DNA of 64,000 nucleotides, taken from a bacterium (lineage in GTDB: Bacteria; Patescibacteriota; Minisyncoccia; Phycocordibacterales; UBA6899). Numbering within the stretch: the first letter of the stretch is position 1; the number at the start of each line of letters is the position of its first letter. The DNA lies in contig JAYUQG010000019.1 in NCBI GenBank assembly GCA_043756865.1, positions 33,772 through 97,771 on the forward strand. Reading direction: 5' to 3'. Positions 57,094 through 64,000 of the stretch are shown here, in pieces. The notes beneath the pieces are model-generated. The model was given only the letters and a program-made list of their open reading frames with translations, was not told where the DNA came from and ran no database searches. The position numbers and the translations under genes are program-made.

Positions 57094-58791
57094 TCAGTCG
57101 GCTGACATCAGCCTTTTTGACGAGTGGCGAACGAGTGCCGCCTTTTCGTGTCTCGAGAGTTTTTTCAAACCTCCATCACCGTCGAAACACTTGAGGCAGA
57201 TTCGGTTCTTGCCGAGCCGTTCAATGGTGTTGAGCGACGGGTGGTCGACCATGGTTACCTCGTCCCCACAATGCAGGACGATTGCCTTTACGTCACTAGG
57301 CGCATAGATGTAGTGCGCATTCAGGAACACAACCGGACCAGAAAGATGGATGTGGTAGTTTCCATCAATCATCTTGGAACTTGCAACCGGATTTCTGAAG
57401 AGGCTCCGGAAAACAAAGAACGGCGATGCGTTCGGCTGATGCGTCTTATGTGCCGCCCACAGTGCAATCGCATACACGATCATGAATTCCATGGCCATGG
57501 CGGCTGCCATCCCCCAAAGAATTTCACGGCTATACGCAGCAACACCAACACCGGTTGCAAAGACGGCAAACTGGCCGAGGCCAATATGCGCAAAGTGCAA
57601 CCAAACGCGCGGAGCGCACATCGCGCCTGCCGTAATGGCGATAACCGCAGAAAGTCCGGAGAGCGGAAGGTGGTTAATTACCTCACGTGTAGTTGCAAAG
57701 TAGACAGAGATGAAGATGAACAGGCCGCAGAACGCACCCGACCACAGTGTCTTCGCACCGAGGCTGATATTGAGGGAACTCTTGAGTCCGCCCCAGATGT
57801 GCGTCAGCGCTCCAAAGAAGGAGCCGATGAAGTTTGCGGTGCCCATCGCCTTGAGCGTCAGATTGGGATCCGACGTGCGCTTGTAGTGATCCTTCGCATC
57901 GATACCTTTTGCTGTCGCTGTTGACTCAATCGCATCTACCAAAGTCAGAATCACGACTGCCCACAAAAAGTCCTTCCAGATACTTGGGTCCATCCAGACG
58001 CCAGCAAAGTTTGGAATAACCACTCCTGATGCAAATGGGTCTGCGGGCAAGTGAATGCGGAACTCTGGAGGAAGTAGGAACCAGTAGGAGAGGCCGAGCG
58101 CGAACACCGCCGCTAAGACCTGCGCAGGTATGTAGCGCAAGAATGGCAGTCTCTTGCGCAAGAGGAGAAGCGTCGCCAAGAAAACAAGCGTCGATGCTCC
58201 AATAACAAACACACTCTGGTTTATTTGCGGAATACGCGCAGGAATTTCCGTAAGAATTCCCCACACATCTTGCGACTGAAACTTCACCCCAAAGAACACG
58301 GGGATTTGTTTGACTAGAAGCGAAATGCCGATCCATGCAAACATGCTTTCTACTACCGCATCCGAAAACAACGCGGCGAATCGTGCGAGCTTGAGTTTGC
58401 CAATGATAAACATCAGCACACCCGTGCACATTACGACCGGAAGAAAGAGTGAGTACCCGAGCACTTGGTCACCGTGCCCCAGCTTGTCGATGGTATCGGC
58501 AATAATCGGAGCGAGCGCAGCGGCCGCTCCAGCCACACCAAGGTACGAGCCGCCCATAAACGGGAACAGCACGCACGCAATGATTGCCGAGATGATGCCG
58601 CTCATGGGCGGTGCATGCGAAATCGACGATATCGCGAGGGCAAATATGAGTGCCACGGGGAAAAGCGCAAACCCCGCCGGTAGGTCATAGCGAAGGAATC
58701 GCAGACCTTGTAGTCCATTTTGTGGTACTACATCGGGTGCGGGGTTAAAAAACTCTCGCAACCGATTCCAGACACTTTGGATGTTTGTCAT
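57094..58791 (-). CDS. SulP/SLC26 anion (bicarbonate?) transporter with degenerate STAS-like tail
   Basis: DLPAG..F.VAL..ALAI..S.APPMSGIISAII, GGS...VAG.AA.L, D.KD.YKR.SDPN, N...GAKT..S, GPVVFLN. Confidence 0.88.
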   Translation of the reverse strand: MTNIQSVWNRLREFFNPAPDVVPQNGLQGLRFLRYDLPAGFALFPVALIFALAISSISHAPPMSGIISAIIACVLFPFMGGSYLGVAGAAAALAPIIADTIDKLGHGDQVLGYSLFLPVVMCTGVLMFIIGKLKLARFAALFSDAVVESMFAWIGISLLVKQIPVFFGVKFQSQDVWGILTEIPARIPQINQSVFVIGASTLVFLATLLLLRKRLPFLRYIPAQVLAAVFALGLSYWFLLPPEFRIHLPADPFASGVVIPNFAGVWMDPSIWKDFLWAVVILTLVDAIESTATAKGIDAKDHYKRTSDPNLTLKAMGTANFIGSFFGALTHIWGGLKSSLNISLGAKTLWSGAFCGLFIFISVYFATTREVINHLPLSGLSAVIAITAGAMCAPRVWLHFAHIGLGQFAVFATGVGVAAYSREILWGMAAAMAMEFMIVYAIALWAAHKTHQPNASPFFVFRSLFRNPVASSKMIDGNYHIHLSGPVVFLNAHYIYAPSDVKAIVLHCGDEVTMVDHPSLNTIERLGKNRICLKCFDGDGGLKKLSRHEKAALVRHSSKRLMSAD

Positions 58792-59023
58792 TTTTACTCC
58801 GTTCTATTCAGTTTTCAAGGTACGATTTGTCGAACACAGCAAGCACACCATAGGCCACATATGTCCGGAGGAGAAATCTAGGGTGGATTGAAGTCTTCAA
58901 GATGAAACTTCAATGCACGATACATCACTCCTCTGGGCACGCGAAGCCAAATATTTTCCTATTAAGGAAGAGGTCATTATTATCTTTTTTAAGATACAGT
59001 CAAGCTGATTTATGCACTTTATT

Positions 59024-59052
59024 ATTCTATCATAATATTTAGTAAATGTCAA
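59024..59052 (-). promoter_or_regulatory. sigma70 promoter for the SulP transcript
   Basis: Reverse strand TTGACA-N17-TAGAAT with extended TG. Confidence 0.65.
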
Positions 59053-59129
59053 TAATTTACCGCCAAGGGTAAGTTATTCTTCAAATACACTTTCATTTCC
59101 TTAACAAACGTGTTACGTTAGAGCCACTT

Positions 59130-59873
59130 ATGGAAGGAATCCACGTCTCTATTGCAGCCGAGAAACTCACCGTATGGATGGGTGTGCCTATCACAAATAC
59201 GCTCTTGATGAGCTGGATTGTTGTGGCTGTGATAATCACGCTTTCGCTTTTGCTCAACCGTAAACTCGCGGTTATCCCTGGGGCGTTCCAGTCTGTCGTT
59301 GAGGTGCTTGCATTCGAGCTCACCAAGTTTGTCGAAGAAACGCTTGAAAACAAAGAATTAGCACGCCGCTTTACGCCACTCCTATTGGCGATTTTCGTCT
59401 TTATACTCATCGGTAACTGGCTTGAGTTCATTCCGGGGGTTGAAAGTATCCGCTACATCCACGACGGACACTCGGTGCCGCTTCTGCGTTCCATGAATAC
59501 CGACCTCAATATGACCCTCGCGCTCGCCATTATCGCATTTGTAACTATCGAAGTTACCGGAATTGTTGTTATTGGTTTCTGGAAGTACGCGGGAAAATTC
59601 ATCAACTTTAGCTCCTTTATCGGTTTCTTTGTTGGTATCCTCGAACTCCTTTCTGAAGTCATCAGACTCATTTCCTTTTCCTTCCGTCTTTTCGGAAATG
59701 TCTTCGCAGGAAGTGTACTCGTCATGATTATCACTTTTCTGGTACCATACATCATTCCTGTGCCTTTCATTTTATTTGAAGTGTTCGTGGGCTTGATCCA
59801 AGCAGCAGTGTTCATGTTGTTGACACTGTTCTTCATCAAGCTCGCGATCATGAATACTCACGAAGCGCACTAG
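59130..59873 (+). CDS. atpB: ATP synthase F0 subunit a
   Basis: ITNT, RLISFSFRLFGN, GLIQAAVF. Confidence 0.96.
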   Translation: MEGIHVSIAAEKLTVWMGVPITNTLLMSWIVVAVIITLSLLLNRKLAVIPGAFQSVVEVLAFELTKFVEETLENKELARRFTPLLLAIFVFILIGNWLEFIPGVESIRYIHDGHSVPLLRSMNTDLNMTLALAIIAFVTIEVTGIVVIGFWKYAGKFINFSSFIGFFVGILELLSEVIRLISFSFRLFGNVFAGSVLVMIITFLVPYIIPVPFILFEVFVGLIQAAVFMLLTLFFIKLAIMNTHEAH

Positions 59874-59946
59874 TGCGTGGGGTGAGTGGAAATGTGGGGG
59901 AGTTGTATATATTTAGAAGCCTTATAAAAATTAATTCAACATCAGT

Positions 59947-60174
59947 ATGGAACTTGAAGGAGTGAAATTGATTGCCATGGCAATCGCCGTCGGTCTCGGA
60001 GTTTTCGGTCCCGGTATCGGTCTCGGAATTTTGGTCGGTAAAAGTGTCGAAGCAATTGGACGCAATCCTGACGCGTACGGCAAAATTTTTTCTACAATGA
60101 TTCTTGGTGCCGCACTTACTGAGGCACTTGGTATTATCGCTATCGTTGCTGCATTCCTTATTCGATTCTTGTAA
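59947..60174 (+). CDS. atpE: ATP synthase F0 subunit c (H+-type signature)
   Basis: GPGIGLG, IGRNP, LTEALG. Confidence 0.96.
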   Translation: MELEGVKLIAMAIAVGLGVFGPGIGLGILVGKSVEAIGRNPDAYGKIFSTMILGAALTEALGIIAIVAAFLIRFL

Positions 60175-60192
60175 TCCGCGAATTACGCCGCC

Positions 60193-60642
60193 ATGGAGAT
60201 TTTTCACGCATTTGGAATAGACTGGAAGCTCATCACCATTCAGGGGATAAACTTCGCCGTGGTGCTTTTTGTGTTACATCGCTACGCCTATAAGCCGATT
60301 ATGGTGCTTATTGCCAAGCGCCAAGCGCTCATCGCCGAGGGGGTCAAAAATGCAGAGGACGCAACCAAGGAGAAAGAGCGCATCGCGATTGACCGCGACC
60401 TCACACTCCAGTCTGCGCGCGAAGAGGGTGGCAAGATATCTGATGGCCTACGGAAGCAAGGAATTGCAGAAGAGCGCGAAATAGTGCGTGTTGCGCAGGA
60501 GAAAAGCAACACCATCCTTGCAGATGCACGTGAGCTAGCCGAAAAAGAGCGCGCGCACATTCTGCGTGAGGCAGAGAGAGAAATCGCTCGCATGGCGGTG
60601 CTTGGTGCCGAAAAAATTCTTCGTAACGGACAAAAAGCCTAA
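60193..60642 (+). CDS. atpF: ATP synthase F0 subunit b
   Basis: GIDWKL..Q.INF..L..YAYKPI...KRQ..I, coiled coil, AEKIL. Confidence 0.93.
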   Translation: MEIFHAFGIDWKLITIQGINFAVVLFVLHRYAYKPIMVLIAKRQALIAEGVKNAEDATKEKERIAIDRDLTLQSAREEGGKISDGLRKQGIAEEREIVRVAQEKSNTILADARELAEKERAHILREAEREIARMAVLGAEKILRNGQKA

Positions 60643-60644
60643 TC

Positions 60645-61049
60645 ATGAGAGCCTCTTGGTACGCAAAAGCACTGTACGCACTCGCTGACGAAGGGAAAAC
60701 TCCCGACGATGTGCTGGTGCACAATCTCCTTGCAACCGTGAATGCCAATGGTCATGCGCACATGTTTCCCGCAATTCTGCGTTCGCTTGTGCGTATCGAC
60801 GCGAAGGAGGCAAAAAAACACACTATCGAGGTTACAACGGCAGCAGATACCACCCAAGAAGACGTAGGTAAGTTACTGCGCAAAGAACAATTCGCCACAC
60901 TGCTCTCCACCGACCACAAACGTGTTGTACGCAAAGTCGACCCCACTATCGTTGGCGGAGTCATCGTCAAAACACACGCAAAGATGATAGACACAAGCCA
61001 CAAAGCTGCACTCGTTCACCTTTATCAGGAAATGACCGCCAAATTATAA
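60645..61049 (+). CDS. atpH: ATP synthase F1 subunit delta (short)
   Basis: [26 protein letters not shown]; operon position. Confidence 0.85.
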   Translation: MRASWYAKALYALADEGKTPDDVLVHNLLATVNANGHAHMFPAILRSLVRIDAKEAKKHTIEVTTAADTTQEDVGKLLRKEQFATLLSTDHKRVVRKVDPTIVGGVIVKTHAKMIDTSHKAALVHLYQEMTAKL

Positions 61050-61068
61050 ATATTGCCCATTACTCACC

Positions 61069-62628
61069 ATGGAACACATCGTAGAAAAACTGAAGAAGCA
61101 AATTGTCGAATTCACCCCCAAAGTGCGCTCTGAAAAGATTGGAGTGGTTGTTTCGACAGCAGACGGAATCGCTGAAGTCGACGGTCTCGACGATGTGATG
61201 ATGGGCGAGATGGTCATGTTTGACGTGAGCGAGGGAAAGAACCTCGAGTCGTCACTTGGCCAAGGCGATGCATTGATTGGTATGGCGCTCAACCTCGAAG
61301 AAGACACCGTAAAGGTGGTTATCTTGGGTGACGCACTCAAGGTGAGCGAGGGAATGACCGTAAAGGCAACGGGCAATATCCTTTCGATTCCTGTTGGGGA
61401 TGACCTTATCGGTCGCGTTGTAGACCCCTTGGGCAATGCAATCGACGGAGGCTTGCCCATTCAGGGCGTACAGCGCAACCCAATTGAGCGCAAAGCGTAT
61501 GGTGTTATCGAACGAAAGTCTGTTTCGACACCACTGCACACGGGTATCAAGGCGATAGACGGCATGGTGCCTATTGGCCGTGGTCAGCGCGAGCTGATCA
61601 TCGGTGACCGCCAGACAGGGAAGACAGTGATTGCCATCGATACTATTTTAAATCAGCTAAACGAGCCGAAAGACAAGCGACCTATTTGTATTTATGTCGC
61701 AATCGGACAGAAGGACTCCAAGATTGCGCGCATCGTACAGCAACTCAAAGACCGTGGAGCGATGGAATACACTATTGTGGTTTCTGCTTCGGTATCTGCG
61801 TCCGCAGCACTGCAGTTCCTTGCACCATACGCAGGTGCTGCAATTGGCGAGTATTTTATGGATGCCGGCAAAGATGCGCTCGTCATCTACGACGACCTCT
61901 CGAAGCATGCCGTGGCATATCGCCAGATGTCGCTCCTTTTGCGCCGTCCTCCTGGCCGTGAAGCGTATCCCGGAGACATTTTCTATCTTCACTCCCGTCT
62001 CCTTGAGCGTGCAGCGCGCCTCTCCGACGCAATGGGTGGAGGCTCACTCACCGCACTTCCCATCATTGAAACACAGGAGAATGACGTATCTGCGTACATC
62101 CCTACAAACGTGATTTCGATTACAGACGGACAAATCTACCTCGAAACAGATTTGTTCAACAAAGGCATCCGCCCCGCTATCAACGTTGGAGTTTCTGTAT
62201 CTCGCGTAGGTTCGTCCGCACAGACAAAGGCAATGAAGAAAGTTGCTGGCAAGCTGCGCCTCGAGCTTGCGCAGTTCCGTGAGCTTGAAGCATTCGTGCA
62301 GTTTTCTTCCGACCTCGATGAAGACACGAAACGCCGCATCGAGAAGGGAAAGCTCATGGTGGAAATCTTGAAGCAAGATAAAAATGCGCCACTCCCATTT
62401 GAAAAAGAAGTGACCATTATTTTCATCGCCGGTTCTGGACTTTTTGACAATGCGGATAAGAGCAAGATTGCGCAAATTGAGGAAGGGTATTTCGCTATGC
62501 TCACTGCACAATATCCTGAAGTCCTGAAGAACATCGCCGAGTCGCGCGACCTCTCTGACGAGTCACAGGCCACCCTGAAAGCCGCAGCAACCGAGTTTAA
62601 AAGAGGAAATACACTCTTCGTCGCATAA
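61069..62628 (+). CDS. atpA: ATP synthase F1 subunit alpha
   Basis: [40 protein letters not shown]. Confidence 0.98.
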   Translation: MEHIVEKLKKQIVEFTPKVRSEKIGVVVSTADGIAEVDGLDDVMMGEMVMFDVSEGKNLESSLGQGDALIGMALNLEEDTVKVVILGDALKVSEGMTVKATGNILSIPVGDDLIGRVVDPLGNAIDGGLPIQGVQRNPIERKAYGVIERKSVSTPLHTGIKAIDGMVPIGRGQRELIIGDRQTGKTVIAIDTILNQLNEPKDKRPICIYVAIGQKDSKIARIVQQLKDRGAMEYTIVVSASVSASAALQFLAPYAGAAIGEYFMDAGKDALVIYDDLSKHAVAYRQMSLLLRRPPGREAYPGDIFYLHSRLLERAARLSDAMGGGSLTALPIIETQENDVSAYIPTNVISITDGQIYLETDLFNKGIRPAINVGVSVSRVGSSAQTKAMKKVAGKLRLELAQFRELEAFVQFSSDLDEDTKRRIEKGKLMVEILKQDKNAPLPFEKEVTIIFIAGSGLFDNADKSKIAQIEEGYFAMLTAQYPEVLKNIAESRDLSDESQATLKAAATEFKRGNTLFVA

Positions 62629-62634
62629 ACATCT

Positions 62635-63567
62635 ATGTCGCTCAAAGCAGTCAAAAGCAAAATAAAGTCGATAGACAAGACTCGCCAAGTTACAAAGGCA
62701 ATGGAGGCTGTTTCTGCTGTGAAGATGCGCAAAAGTCAGGCGAACGCGATTGGCATGCGACCGTACGCACTTTCAGCACTCAAAATCCTCCGCAGTATTT
62801 CCGGTGCACTGGAGGCGGCGAATCATCCGCTCACCACACCGCGTGAGGTCAAACGTACCTGTGTGGTCATCGTCTCGGCAGACAAAGGCCTTGCGGGTAG
62901 CTATGGTTCTTCACTGCTCAAAGAGACATACCGCTTTCTTGATGCGCATGGCCTCACTACAGAAAACACGGGCCTTATCATCATTGGAAAGAAAGCATTC
63001 GAGCATTTCACCAAGCGCGGGTGGCACGTCGAGGGATACCACGAGAAGTGGAGCGACCAAGTCACTTTCGACTCCGTTCGTCCACTTGCCGAGCAGCTAA
63101 AAGCACTATATCTCGACGGCAAATATGACCGTGCGTTTATCGTTTACACGAACTTCATCTCGACCTTAAAGCAAAGTGTGTACGCGCGTGAGCTTCTGCC
63201 TGTGCGCTTTGAAGGCATCGAGGAGGTTGTCCGTGGTATAACCCCACTGAAGGGTAAATACTCGGAACTCCGCGAGACCGCCGAGCCGACCGCGGTAAAA
63301 GAATACACATTTGAGCCCAGTGCGGAACATGTACTTTCCGAGCTCATCCCAACACTCTTCAATATTCAAATCTTCCATTCTGTGCTTGAGGCAAACGCAT
63401 CCGAACATTCCGCGCGTATGATTGCAATGAAGAATGCGTCCGACAATGCAGGTGAAATTTCGCGAGGTTTAAAAATTTATTTTAATAAAGTACGACAAGC
63501 GGCAATTACTAAAGAAGTATCTGAAATCGTCGGGGGCATGGAATCAATGAAAGTGATAGATGCATAA
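62635..63567 (+). CDS. atpG: ATP synthase F1 subunit gamma
   Basis: QVTKAMEAVSAVK, DKGLAG, SEHSARMIAMKNASDNA, RQAAITKEVSEIVGG. Confidence 0.97.
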   Translation: MSLKAVKSKIKSIDKTRQVTKAMEAVSAVKMRKSQANAIGMRPYALSALKILRSISGALEAANHPLTTPREVKRTCVVIVSADKGLAGSYGSSLLKETYRFLDAHGLTTENTGLIIIGKKAFEHFTKRGWHVEGYHEKWSDQVTFDSVRPLAEQLKALYLDGKYDRAFIVYTNFISTLKQSVYARELLPVRFEGIEEVVRGITPLKGKYSELRETAEPTAVKEYTFEPSAEHVLSELIPTLFNIQIFHSVLEANASEHSARMIAMKNASDNAGEISRGLKIYFNKVRQAAITKEVSEIVGGMESMKVIDA

Positions 63568-63591
63568 TTTATTTATTTTAGAATCAACAAC

Positions 63592-63951
63592 ATGGCTACA
63601 GTATCAAAAGAAGATGTAATCGATGCAATTGCAGAAGAAAGTGAGGAGCGACTCGAGCTTCTCTCCGAATTGTGGAGGAGCATGAATGAGGAAGGAGGCA
63701 CCACTCCGGCAAAGTATGTTGCACACTCGCTTGCCTGCGCAGAGATGCTTTATAAGGCGAAGGCGTATCAGGATACCCTCGACTGGCTCGAGACCATCGG
63801 CGAGGAGATTATCAAGGCAGAGGGGGAGGAAAGTGAGGCATATGTTGCATTCTCAGAAGACGAAGACCTCGAAACACTCCGCATGAATGCACTCGACAGA
63901 AGTGGTCTGGAGGAAGAGGAGGAGGAGGAGTTCAGTGGTGACGACGAATAA
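63592..63951 (+). CDS. acidic hypothetical protein following atpG
   Basis: 119 aa, very Glu-rich, helical, poly-E tail. Confidence 0.65.
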   Translation: MATVSKEDVIDAIAEESEERLELLSELWRSMNEEGGTTPAKYVAHSLACAEMLYKAKAYQDTLDWLETIGEEIIKAEGEESEAYVAFSEDEDLETLRMNALDRSGLEEEEEEEFSGDDE

Positions 63952-64000
63952 TCAGCCATCAGTCAGTAGTTATAAGTAATAGTAATAAGTAACTAGTTCA

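Noticed and set aside
57124-57924. 266-aa plus-strand ORF
   Set aside because: Antisense shadow of the GC-rich SulP gene; no motifs.
59947-60174. Possible Na+-coupled ATP synthase
   Set aside because: Subunit c lacks the Q...E(S/T)..Y sodium-binding signature.
1-64000. Alternative genetic code (UGA=Gly, as in Gracilibacteria/Absconditabacteria)
   Set aside because: Core genes are full length under code 11 and several ORFs end at TGA.

Overview
Bacterial chromosomal segment (genetic code 11) whose gene content and style point to a Patescibacteria/CPR (Parcubacteria-like) organism: two-domain ThyX, shortened UvrC, mostly SD-less starts with a -10 box just before the ATG, GT4-GH57-GH15 alpha-glucan cluster, and an F-type ATP synthase operon. 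Bases 1 to about 9750 look like the right arm of an integrated accessory island: the start of a probable ParB-N/DNA-methylase gene, Zn-ribbon and hypothetical proteins, a DUF2779 nuclease, DUF2130, and a helicase IV-like helicase-nuclease, ending in a decayed tRNA-like 3' fragment. The best find lies inside this island: a complete SAM-I riboswitch (5722-5816) with terminator and antiterminator that controls proteins of unknown function rather than Met/SAM metabolism genes, a candidate SAM-depletion-triggered module. The rest is mostly core: secreted proteins (one a mosaic of secretion-system-like motifs), GT2, lytic transglycosylase, CcdA, sugar genes, folA/thyX/tgt, uvrB/uvrA/uvrC, a FIST-kinase-regulator-gdhA operon, ddl, two convergent tRNA-Ala genes, two copies of a ~180-bp TA-flanked hairpin element, a UvrD-nuclease fusion, HRDC-XseA/XseB, DUF2207, SulP plus carbonic anhydrase, and atpBEFHAG. 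All assignments come from motifs read by eye; no database searches were run.
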